Source: Catajapyx aquilonaris
Lineage: Eukaryota
Assembly (NCBI GenBank): GCA_000934665.2
Contig: KZ538295.1
Span: forward strand, 1 to 64,000
Reading direction: 5' to 3'
DNA: 64,000 nucleotides
The notes beneath the pieces were generated by a model, which had not been told where the DNA came from, ran no database searches, and saw only the letters and a program-made list of their open reading frames with translations. Positions 51,583-63,107 of the stretch are shown here, in pieces (position 1 is the stretch's first letter; the number at the start of each line of letters is the position of its first letter). Both the position numbers and the translations under genes were made by a program.

Positions 51583-52262
51583 CTAGGCTGTAGGGCTTGC
51601 GTCTGTAGAATTGCACTTGATCAGCTCTTCATATCCCATGCAGTTGGGATGATTCTCAACAATATTGCTCGCTAAAAAGAAGCCAATCATGATGTCTTAT
51701 AGCCATTTGATTGAATACAAATAATTAAAATACGTTACCCGCTTCCTTGATGCACTTCATCATCTCATCTTTGCTGTTTGGATTACATTTGTCAAGAACA
51801 TTCTCCACTTTTTCCAGGTCCAGTTCGTCCTCTGATTTTAACTAAGGATTTTCAGCACAAAAAATATTCCATGAGCTTTGGCATATCCTGTTAGTTTGGG
51901 CTGTAATATTATGCCCCCAAAATGCTTACCATTTCTATCTTTTGCAGGAAGCATTTAACCACACACTGCAATAATAACGAGAAGTTAATACAACCACACA
52001 ATAAACGATATCAACAATAGTACTTGCCCCAGGCTTGGTTTTGGAGTCAGGAACTTCATTCCCGCAAGTTTCCATAGTCTTTGCAAAATCCTCGTTTGTC
52101 ATGCACTGTAGTTCAAAAAAATAGTTTTGAAGTTCAAGTATGCCTTCATTTAAGTCAATATGTTTTTACTTATCTTACTTTTGGTTCCTGACCAGTTGTT
52201 TGGTCGGTCAGGAATAATGCAGAGAAGCAAATGAGAAGCAGTACCGCACAGATTTGTTTCAT
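51583..52262 (-). CDS. OBP22: OBP-like, 8 Cys, intact copy of the unit (GC-AG intron 2)
   Basis: MKQICAVLLLICFSALFLTDQTTGQEPK / CMTNEDFAKTMETCGNEVPDSKTKPG / CVVKCFLQKIEM / LKSEDELDLEKVENVLDKCNPNSKDEMMKCIKEA / ASNIVENHPNCMGYEELIKCNSTDASPTA*. Confidence 0.8.
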
Positions 52263-53749
52263 GGCAGCCGACTGAATTACTCTATCTGCGAAAATTGCCT
52301 TTATAAGCCGAACGTCTCGCGCAAAAAATAACCTTCCAGCTCTTTTTTCCACGCTGCACGAGCTTCTTGAAATTTTGCATTTTTAAATTAATTTTAAAAA
52401 ATGTATCTTTGGTCAATGTTTGATTCGTAGTATGTCGCTATGACGTTGGACTACTAATAAATTACCTGTCAAGTAAGAGACACAGGTTCTTGTAAGAGTG
52501 TCGCCGTGTCTTTCTTATAATCTTACTTAATGAGAATACTACAGTTACATAACCACAAGTACCAAGGACGTTACATACCGAGACGTTGCATCAAATCCTC
52601 ATTCATCATGACTAATAATCTCGGATAATACGAGTATTACGGAATATTCCGGAGATGGTGTATTTACGCTCCACTGAAGATGAGAGAGATTGCTTTGATG
52701 ATATAATAATACCACGACTCATTCAAGTCTGAGTCACATAACATTTGGAAAATTGCAAGGGTTTCATTGGCAATGAGATCGTTGCATTATCCTAATTAAA
52801 ATCCTGCGGTTCATAGTCGAAATGGGTGATTATACGGTTTGTTGCAATTGGAATGTCCGTAGTGGTTTACAATATTTTCTGCAGCTAATCTGATTATTAT
52901 TATAATTTGCTCTGCAGCCATTATTCCTAGAAGTTATTAGCAATATTCGATTGCTAAGTATTACGTTTAACAAAAACTTGAATTGGGATAAAATTTCCAT
53001 TGACATCATGCACATTCTCTCTTTCGAAAGTAATAAATAATGACTTTCTGCCAATATTGCTGAGTAATGAATGGAATATTCCAGCAATCAATATAAGATT
53101 GCATGATGAATTAGCTAGTTTCTTTTTCTTGCTCTGATCATCGATTGCACACAAACAGTGAATTATACTGCCTTCTTCCCATTATTATCTCGTGCCCTTT
53201 TTTTCACGACCGCATATCATGCCCCCTAATCAAAGCATTGTTATGTCTGCAATAATTTTACACGTTTGCGTAGCCGTAGACCGATGCGATGTCACAATAT
53301 TACGGCCTTCTCGATGTATAAGTCGGAAGCGGAAAAGCTACCATTCTGAAAGCTTGTCAAATGCAACAAAGGCACACCAGTCGAGTAGTCATACGCTATA
53401 GAAATAATGAATGCACAAAACTATTGTGTAAGAGTGGACATTACTGCGGGGTAATCAATACGTATTAGAAGAAAATCAGTTAATATTTTAGTACAGTACA
53501 ATACAGTTACTATCATTATTGTGGTCACACGTCTCAGCATTGGCAGATTTTACACTAACATTAAAAATCTAGATGACATGTACAGTACAATGAAAAGAAC
53601 ATGCGGTAATGATTATTCTGATGCTTTTTATTCACGTCCATCGTCATAATTATGCTTTTAAAATGACATACGGTAAGTCTAGTAGTAATAGACCGAAAGC
53701 ATTGTTGTTTCTGAACAGAACAGCTGTAGGAAAGTTCCAATAGCAAAGT

Positions 53750-54528
53750 TTACCAGCATTCCCTCAAGCCTTCGTAGCCCTTGCAGTTGGCATCACTGGA
53801 GTCGATCTTGCTCTCTATACAATTGAAAGCAGTGTAAGTAACATAATTGGGTACAGTGTAATTAACACTCACCTTCTTTCTTGACACACTCCAACACCGG
53901 ATCTTTTCGAACAGGATTGCACTTGTCTAAAATAGCTCCAATTTTGGCCGAATCTGGTTTACCATCTGGCTTTATCTGAAAGTTTTGTTTAAAAAACGTT
54001 AAATAGAGCAGGCTGCTGCTTAACAAGGAATAATTAAAACCATGCCACCAGAGTCCCTACCGTTTGGGTCTTCTGCATGTAACATTTTACAACACACTGA
54101 AACAAATCATGGTTAGATTAGTACAAATCATATTTTACTATGCGTTTTTCTGCTGCACTTACCCCAGGTTTGGATTTTGAGTCAGGTATTTCTTTTTTGC
54201 AATCATCAACCTTCTGTTTAAACTCCGCTGCTGTCTCGCACTATATATACAAAGCAAGAAAATATTTGTTAATCTACTGGTAAAACATGTTTATTAATAT
54301 ATTATTCAATCTGTGTTGAAAATGCATTTTGTCAAATAAAAAAAAAATAAGTGTTCATACATCATGTGTAGACTCTTAAGAATGAAAGGTTTGTGACCTC
54401 AATAGTATATTTTAAGGGTTAGCACACAATTTTAAATTAGTTCAACTTACTTTATCCTGGCCACTGACATGACCGGCCAGTAACACTGCGAGGCAGCAGA
54501 CAACCAGGTAGGCACAGATCGGTTTCAT
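53750..54528 (-). CDS. OBP23: OBP-like, 8 Cys, ends one residue after the last Cys
   Basis: MKPICAYLVVCCLAVLLAGHVSGQDK / CETAAEFKQKVDDCKKEIPDSKSKPG / CVVKCYMQKTQT / IKPDGKPDSAKIGAILDKCNPVRKDPVLECVKKE / ESKIDSSDANCKGYEGLRECW*. Confidence 0.85.
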
Positions 54529-55707
54529 GACGAATGAGTGAGGACAGTCCATAGGAAGATTCTTTTATAAGCCCCCAATATCCTCGTCATACACGCAAAA
54601 AAAAAACCCGCAACCTTCGCCATGTCGGAGAGGTCACTTTCAAGTTGTATTGTCATGGATATTTTTTTGTTGCTATTGGTGCCAAATGTTTCCCCTGTAC
54701 CTGTAATGTTGAACTAATGAATCATGGCCAGCCTCTTTTTTTATATAGTCGTGATGCCCTTCTAGGGGTTATAAAAAGTCTTTTGAATCGAAAAGAGTAT
54801 TGTTACATAACCGTCTGGATGAGCAAGGACGTTCTGCATCGAGAGATCCATCGAAGTCATGCATATCGTGTTGAGTGTTATAAACTTATGGCGATGGTGG
54901 AATTTTAGTTAAGTTATAATGAGTAATCGTCATGTGGCAGTGTGGCAGACTAATTAAGAACAAAATGAGTTCCCACGGATATTACACAATTTATACACAA
55001 TTTTTCCGCAATGCTGAATGTCGCCGTAAGCATCAGTATCCGTGATTTACTATTTCATGTTCTAGAGACTGTATGTAGGCAATGTAGGCCTACACATATG
55101 TGGCATACCAAAAATAAAAATATGGATTTTGTTCAATTCCATGAATACAGATCAAAAAGTGCAAATCATTAAAATAATTGAATAACAGATAATTCGGAAA
55201 CTATTGCTTTCAACACTTAATTATTTTGTACTGTACTATAGTGGACGAATACATCACACTTGTGTTTGTATATTCTTTCGTGAATTTCTGCAAGGTTCCT
55301 TTGTATCTTTTTGGAAGTATTTGTTACATTATAGTTTTTGTGCCAAGGACAAACAGTGCTTGTGTGTTTTACTCTTATAAATTCTATTTTTACCTCGTTT
55401 TACAAACAGGGCGCTTTATTTATAAATTTGACCTTGCTTACAGATGGAATCGCCTATTATTCAGTGCAGTCTAAAAATCGTCCTTAACACTGAGTTTCAT
55501 AGGTTTTGAGTGTCCAAGGTGGCAGGTAGGGTTTCCTGTACTTTACATTCTCGTTTTGTAATTATTAACATGAGAAAGGTTCCGAGTTCTATTTATAAAT
55601 CGTATATAAAGATACAGGCAGTTTAAATCCCATTTTTAAAAAACACACACGCATGTTCATGGGACATTGAGTCATGCGCCGTTAAGATTTTGGCAACATT
55701 ATTTTGC

Positions 55708-56986
55708 CTATGTTTCCACACACTCCATCATGATTAAATATCCTTTGCAATCTGGCTGGTTAGGGTCAACCAGAGGGCCTGAAAAGGAAATAAATAATTT
55801 TAGGAGAAATGCAGCAATAGAAGAAGGTCAATATATTAGAAACATACACAGGTGTTGCTTTAGTAATAATATTTATGGTTAATAATATATATTTGTTAAC
55901 CTCTCAATTTTTCTGCTCACTAAATAACTTATTTACCTTTTTCATCCAGGCACTTGAGCAAGTCTCTCTTTCTTTTTCCATCTGGTTTGCAAATGTGGAC
56001 TAAATTTTTCATCTCTTCAATTTTCGGTCTTCCATTTTCCGTCAGCTGAACAAAGCACAAGAATAACCGTTATAAATGATCACATTTTGATGACACCAAA
56101 ACATTGTCTGCAACACGTATTAGATTATTTAAAGGCGAAGACGTTTACTCAAGTATAGACCATTGTTGCGTTTGTAGAGGAGTAGAGGAGAGTAAAATGA
56201 TCAAAACCATATTTTGACGAATTAGGAAGAGAGAAAGCTAACTTTATCGAATAGTGAATTGATCCTAAATAGGTGCAAAATATCTGAAATAAATAATATT
56301 ATAATAACATAAAAAGTAGAAATGATTATTAAATGATAAAATGTGAATAATATTAATATAAAATTGTAACCAAAAATAAAAATAGGTTCAATTTATTGGT
56401 GGCATTATTTCCGATATATCCGATATTAGAATTTCAAAATGTCAGGTTTTATCGAATACCTTGAGTGATCTCAAGTGCCTAAAAGGAAGCAATATTTTAA
56501 TTTCCTCCTTTCAATTACATAACTTTAAACTGTCGTCTTAATCTAGTGTTCCTCCCACCTATTCTCTTAAAAGGCGATCATGTGTGACCTACCTTTTCAC
56601 CCCTCTCCAAGACGCATTTAATCAGGCACTGAAAAGACCCAGTCAATAAGAAAATGTAATTTTTTTTAAAAAAAATGTAATATTAATAATCTGCTTGCAC
56701 TGCCATCGACTTACACCTGGTCTTTCCATATGATCAGGATTCTCCTTCAGACATTCATATAATCGCTCTCTTGCTTGCGCATGTGACTCCGGGCACTATA
56801 ACAGATGGTGTTGAATGCAGTTTCCATCAGTAAGATTGTTGAGGTGGGGGAAACCCCCCCCCCCCCCNCCCATCTGTGGTTAAAACACCAATGAATCATG
56901 CTTGGACTTACTTCCTCTCCGCAAGCTTGACTGCTCAGGTAAAATGCTGCGACGCAGAACACAACAAAAGTGCAGCTCGACTTCAT
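55708..56986 (-). CDS. OBP24: OBP-like, 8 Cys
   Basis: MKSSCTFVVFCVAAFYLSSQACGEE / CPESHAQARERLYECLKENPDHMERPG / CLIKCVLERGEK / LTENGRPKIEEMKNLVHICKPDGKRKRDLLKCLDEK / GPLVDPNQPDCKGYLIMMECVET*. Confidence 0.85.
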
Positions 56987-57384
56987 GGCGAGTGACAAGG
57001 TTATGTAACCCTAGGAAAAGTCCTAGTGCTTTTGTATATGATGGAAAGGGGATGGGGAGGAAGGTGGAGGGATGTGCTACAGTCAAAAAGTCGCATGCTG
57101 ACATGAGGGCTTAGGAGAGATGTTTATTTTTGGTATTCTGCAAGCCCACGTCATTTCCTGTCTGAGGCCCCCATATAATTCAAATTCAAAGTCAAGGATT
57201 GCCATTCGGAGGACGACAACAATAAAACACATTTCAAGACAGTGCAATATTTTCTAACAATACTTTTTTTTAATTATTCATTTTATTCAGATCACCTTGT
57301 AGCCTCTAATTATTATCTCCGCAAGCTGCCAATAGTGCTTAGCAAGAGTACACCAAAATGATTTATGCTGCACGCTGTTTTACA

Positions 57385-58032
57385 TTAAGGTTCAGGATAA
57401 CATTTCCATAATTCCAGGTAGGACTTGCAGTCAGGTTCATCGGTCTTAAAGTTCGGTCCTGAAACTGAAGTGCAGTATAATATTATTAGCGTAGGTGGGA
57501 ACATGGAAAATGTATAGCAAACCTTACCATGGTTTCTGAGGCAAGTGACAATCTTCTGGAGTTCATCATCAGGTGTGGGTTTATCTGCGCATTTTTCAAC
57601 CCTAGCTGATACTTTATCCACGATTGGAATATCATCATCTCCCATCTATAAGTTTGTTTTACATGTTGAGATAAGTAAAACGCATTTCAGTTATAATATG
57701 CTACTTACAAGGTTATTGACTTTCATCATGCATTTCATAAGGCACTGAAAGGTGCAAGAAACTGTCATAAAACCGGGTATATTGTATTTGCAACTATTTA
57801 ATTTAGTTTTCATTTACTCCAGGCTTTTCATCGATGTCAGGAATTTCCTTCGCGCATTGTTCAATCTGCAGGTTTTCTTCGCTGTCTGTCGGACACTAAA
57901 TTACAAATGGTAATAATTCATAAATAATCTAAGATACGTACTGATAAAAGTTAAACTTACATTGACATCAGCACAAACTTGGTTCACAGCAAGTAATGAC
58001 GAGCAGCAAAGTAACATGTATATCCCCACCAT
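57385..58032 (-). CDS. OBP25: OBP-like, 8 Cys
   Basis: MVGIYMLLCCSSLLAVNQVCADVN / CPTDSEENLQIEQCAKEIPDIDEKPG / CLMKCMMKVNNL / MGDDDIPIVDKVSARVEKCADKPTPDDELQKIVTCLRNH / GPNFKTDEPDCKSYLELWKCYPEP*. Confidence 0.85.
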
Positions 58033-58305
58033 GTTGAAAGGCAAGTTTCTATAGGCTTGCGGGGTTGCCTGCCTTTTTGTACATTTTTTTTTCGTGAGGT
58101 GCACAATTACACGACCTCGAGCACGTGCAACAGGAAGTGTAATCCTGTTTGGCTTGTCACCAGCAGGTATTGCTCGTGTTTGAAAATAAAAGCCCGCATT
58201 ACAATATACTGTATTAATTATTTCACAGGAAATTGGGTCCTCGGAAATAGGTTTTTTTATAGAAAGAGTACGCCGAAATGATATTCATGCTGTAGTTTAT
58301 TTGCA

Positions 58306-58973
58306 CTATTCATCAGAATCAGGGTAACACTTCATTAATTCCGAAAAGGACTTACAGTCAGGTTCATCAGGCTTGACGTTCGGTACTGCAAATTAAATGA
58401 AACAATTAGCGAAGGTTAGGAACATAGTAATGTACAAGTATATAACAACACTTACTCTTGTCTCTCAGGCAAGTCACAATCTTCTGAAGCTCCTCCTTAG
58501 AACTGCGTTTATCAGCGCAATTTTCCACACGTTCGGCTATTTTATCAGCGATTGGAATACCATTATCTCCCAGCTGAAATTCGAAAAAATAGATTAATAT
58601 TATTCACATACGTAAAACACATTTTAGTGTTCATGTTTTACTTACCAGGTTATTGGCTTTCAACATACATTTTACGAGGCACTGAAAGGATCAAGAGAAC
58701 TACTTTCATAAAACTGTGGGTAATCATTATCTGCAACGTAACTAAGTTTTAATGTAAAGTACCCCGGGCTTATCTTGAGGAACTTCCTTATCGCATTGTT
58801 CGAACTGCAACTTTTCTTCGCTGTCTGTCGGACACTGCATTACAAAATGGTAACAATATTAATACAGTTCATAATCTACATTACAGAAAAGTTTTACTTA
58901 CATTGACATCAGCGCAAACGTGGTTGAAAACAAGTAATGAAGAGCAACAAAACAACACATATATCCCCATCAT
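58306..58973 (-). CDS. OBP26: OBP-like, 8 Cys (paralogue of OBP25)
   Basis: MMGIYVLFCCSSLLVFNHVCADVN / CPTDSEEKLQFEQCDKEVPQDKPG / CLVKCMLKANNL / LGDNGIPIADKIAERVENCADKRSSKEELQKIVTCLRDK / IPNVKPDEPDCKSFSELMKCYPDSDE*. Confidence 0.85.
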
Positions 58974-59593
58974 GATGAAGAGATTTTCTAACCATATAAT
59001 AATATAGGGTTACCTGCCTTTTTTGTACTTTTTTTCTGAAGTGCACAATGACACTACCGGAACAGGAAGTGTATTATCATTTGGCCAGTCTCTGAGTATT
59101 GCACGTTTCAGATCTCAGATAAAATCAAGACATAATAAGAAGTGATTGTAGTGGTATGTTTTTGAATGTACCCTGGAGAATTTATTTCTACGATGGAATT
59201 ACCACTGTTAGAAATAATATACATTATCTCTATTTTACCAAACTGTCATGTCGTGTGATGTTTATAATAAAATATAAGGCAGCAGAGTGTAGTAAACAAA
59301 GTACAATAGATAATAAAAAAAATCAACATAATGTCTTTCTCGATGTGGATATCAAACCTATCGCGGCACCATTCCTGTCACATTTGAACGTAACTGTTCA
59401 TTTTAATGGGAATAAATTTAAAATAACGAAGACAAAATATATTTCAACGAAAGTTTTTATAAAGTTGTTAAGTAACACCTGAGAGTTATCAGTTTATGGC
59501 AGAATATGGGAGGAATATTTAGAAAACTTACATGCGCTGCTATAAAACGTATGCTATCGTTTATTTGGTAGATAGGAAAGTGACATATTATTT

Positions 59594-60267
59594 TTAGTTC
59601 ACGGCAGGGCACGCTGCTTTTATCTGAGCCCAACAACCTTCAAGATGTACGTAGTTGGTGCATCTAGCATTATTGGGGATCCATGGGGCTATAATTTTAG
59701 AAGTGCAGGCAGTTACACACATAGATGTAATTGCTCTAAAACGCACAGTACTAACCTTGTTCGATGCATTTCTTGTAGTCTTCTGCAGCATTGTTGTTAG
59801 CGCATTTGGGAATAATGCAGAAGTCGACAAACTCTATTATACGCGGAATATTCGGTTTTTGTTTAGAATCCATCTGTATTATATTGATGGCGATAAAAAA
59901 AACACTGCGATTTGAAAGAATATCATAACCGTACTAGATCTTACCTGTGGTGAATTTTGAAGCCAACATCCAGCTATGCACTAAAACATATAGACAATTA
60001 CTTTAAAATCGCATATGCATCTGATCATATAAAGTGTACTTACTCCTGCCTCTCCTTTTTCAAAATACGTTAAACACAACTTGACTGAAGACCTGGTCAC
60101 TTCTGAAGGGTTGCACTGGAATGGGGACAGTCTCACAGATAATGCGGCCAATAATGTGAGCCATAAATCCTTAAAATCCAAACCTCAAATGTAGCCATCG
60201 CACTACTCGGGAAGATCACTGGGAGACACAACACGAAGCAGTAAATCTGTATGCGAGAAAACTTCAT
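59594..60267 (-). CDS. OBP27: OBP-like, 10 Cys
   Basis: MKFSRIQIYCFVLCLPVIFPSSAMATFE / CNPSEVTRSSVKLCLTYFEKGEAG / CIAGCWLQNSPQ / MDSKQKPNIPRIIEFVDFCIIPKCANNNAAEDYKKCIEQ / APWIPNNARCTNYVHLEGCWAQIKAACPAVN*. Confidence 0.83.
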
Positions 60268-60798
60268 GACGGATATATTACGGATGGTGAATCGCGTAGC
60301 TCACTATGGAGTGCTTTGATTTATAAAATGTGCTATTGTGTTCTGCCCTATGGCATCTTAGGCATAGTGCCTTGTGGGACAATGGCTCGCAAAAATAGTT
60401 ATCAGCTAGGGGAAAAACTTTGATCTCTTTCGATACAAATATGGGCTATATATGCTATAAGTTAAAGAGAGCATTAATATTTTTGTTTAAGTACCGCATG
60501 AATCGAAGTACTGTGCACTATTTTATTGAAGCCTGATTTTTTCAAGCTATGTCAATAATTTGTGTGTTTATGCTTGCAGGTTAATAAACAAAACCTATAC
60601 AAGCTACAAATTCTTGCCCAAGTTCTTGCCAGTCTGGCATGTCAGCCAAAATGTTGAAAATATGGGACAACCTGCTTTTTTGACAAAATGATAAGTTAAA
60701 CCAAAAGCAAAGCTTTAAATAATTACTTGTACAGCATACATACAGAAGGCGTACGTGCCACATTAAAATTAAACTGTGTGCATTTACTCTCAGCAATT

Positions 60799-61844
60799 TT
60801 ATTTCTCAGAAGGTGAGTCATCATTGGCTTCTTGCTCCTCTTCTGGCTGGTTAGTGTCAGAAACAGTGGAACTCTCGGGTTCTGGTACCTCATCTTGAGG
60901 AGTGTCTTCAGGTTCTGGATTTTCCGGTTCTGGTACCTCATCTTGAGGAGTGTCTTCAGGTCCTGGAGCAGGGACATCGGCAGCTGTGGAAGTCTCTGGT
61001 TCTGGAGCCTCGGTTTGGGGTACTTCCGATGTTTCAGTAGGTTCAGGTTGTGTTGGTGTTTCAGGACTTGAGTTGCAGTTGAAAAACCTTTCATAATCTT
61101 GGCATAATTCGTCATTAGTGTCGAAGTTTGTTCCTGCAATAACAACGTGCGTATTAGTGACAGTTGCCTTTGTGCTAACCAGAAAGTGCTGCGTGTTTTT
61201 AAAACATCCCGGACAAATGGATTCTGACATTATATACAAACATCAGAACTCTAGCAAGGCTGATTGTTGCAATGAATCAGGTGAGATTAGACCTACACTA
61301 CCTTTTAATTGGTCCAAGCAAGCCAGAAGACTTTTCATCCTGGAGTCGGTGATTTCATTTTTAATGCAAGTCGTGCAATACTCCTTTATCTTGTCAATAT
61401 CCGGTTGGCCATTACCATCCACCTAAATCGACATCAGGAGGCCAATTATTGAAATTAACAACTTTTTAAAGTACATAATGAAAATTGAACATACCCTTCC
61501 AGACTTCTCCAAAAAGCATCTTACAGCGCACTGAAATGTTTGCAAGAGATTTCTTAGTGACAAGGTATAATAACAAGTCATTGCATATTTTGAACATATA
61601 ATATCCTCATGACATTGTGATCAATTTGCTTAAATTATTTCGGAGTAAAACTTACTGATGCTGTCATTTGTCTGCATTCGTCAAACTCTGGAGCATGTGC
61701 ATTACACTGGAACAGAACAGATTTTGCAATATAATGACAAGAGGAATCATTTTTATTCTCACCTATACTTACTTGCTGTGCTTCAGCTACATTTCTTAAT
61801 GCAATTAGGAGACTGCACATCAAGGCCAGGTAATTCAGCTCCAT
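60799..61844 (-). CDS. OBP28: OBP-like, 9 Cys, with a ~90-aa Pro/Glu/Ser/Thr-rich tail
   Basis: MELNYLALMCSLLIALRNVAEAQQ / CNAHAPEFDECRQMTAS / CAVRCFLEKSGR / VDGNGQPDIDKIKEYCTTCIKNEITDSRMKSLLACLDQLK / GTNFDTNDELCQDYERFFNCNSSPETPTQPEPTE...PEDTPQDEVPEPE (x2)...DDSPSEK*. Confidence 0.85.
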
Positions 61845-63043
61845 GGCGGATGGCGTTTGGGAAGGTAAAGGACAGAGAGCATGCCGACATTTCCCATAAC
61901 GTAACTATATACATTTGCGTGTGCCGTCAATCCATACCGTCGGTGCATTCAGTCTCCCATGCCCTCACGTATTGAGGCATATCCTGAGATACTGTTTTCA
62001 GAACGACAACTCCATCACGAAGTCAAAAACTACGTCAAGGACACAGAATGACGTCATTTACACCTGCTGACAGGAATTCTATAAGAAATAACAACGTGCT
62101 AAATTTAATAATAGATGTGAAAAATAAATGTCAGGGTTGAATATATTCCACATTCGTCCTACTTCTACTAAAAAGTATTCATTAAAAACGTTTGATGGTT
62201 ATAGTATTATTGGCAGAAGGAACTCAAGACCGGTTGTACCAGTAGCCTAAGGTTTAAGCGTTTAACAAATGTCATTTATTATTGAATCATGGCGATAATG
62301 CCTTAGATGCAAATCCTCTGTATCGATACCTTCTATGTTGCATGCAGGAGTGAAGCAAATATTAACACATTCATCCGCAGTATTGTAAAACACGGAATTG
62401 TTCATCCATCGCCAACTTTTTGCACAGATTGTTAGGCATTCGACAATGATTTCATTACGTAACTTGACGGATATTTATTTTACTAAACTGAAAGGTAAGC
62501 TTCCTGGCTTTCCAAAAGCATGTGTGAGTGGAGGGGAAAGGTGGGATAGTCACACACTTCATGGCGTCATTCTGTTTAATAGTTATAGGCACAAGGAACG
62601 TTATTTTTAATTACATCATAGTAGTATATACATATTATGGTGCACAGTACAGAAACCTGCAAAAGTAATGCTTCTTTCCAGTACTTACTTAGTAAAAGCT
62701 TTTTTCTCAATTTGACTTAAATTCTACATAATGCCTTGTGGCTAAATTAAAAATTGAAAATATACTGCGAGATTCCAATATTATTAGCCTCACATTTGCC
62801 TATACTAATTAAGCACTCTTATCTATAAGTTATATTCTTATGTAGAACAATCGGCCTACAAACACATGCCCATAATTTAAGAGCATGCCGGATGTTGCGG
62901 TGTGCAATTAACAATGTCAACAACCTGTAAAAGACGATCAAGCACATGCTCATTAGCAGATTTCTGCTGCTGCGTTAAGAGGGCAAAAGTCACATTATAG
63001 TTGATCATGTCACTTGGCAAAAAACAGGAAGTACAGAGTCCGC

Positions 63044-63051
63044 TATATAAA
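63044..63051 (+). promoter_or_regulatory. TATA box of the Cys-rich peptide gene
   Basis: TATATAAA ~60 bp upstream of the ATG, followed by an Inr-like TCAGTT at ~63076. Confidence 0.6.
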
Positions 63052-63107
63052 GAGTCTTGTAAGCACTGCAGGTCCTCAGTTCATTGCACGACTTTTAGCA
63101 CTCCATA

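Larger units (their letters stand above)
41960..52505. repeat. Three tandem ~3-4-kb units, each holding a convergent (+/-) OBP pair
   Basis: Each unit begins taacttacattatgcgaaccatgacaatac (~41960, ~45466, ~49480); coding and intergenic sequences are highly similar. Confidence 0.9.

Noticed and set aside
56845..56871. G/C run containing an N in OBP24 intron 1
   Set aside because: Low-complexity homopolymer with an ambiguous base; an assembly quality issue rather than a feature.
60723..61145. 140-aa alternative-frame ORF over the OBP28 tail
   Set aside because: Shadow frame of a repetitive exon, with no independent start or splice support.
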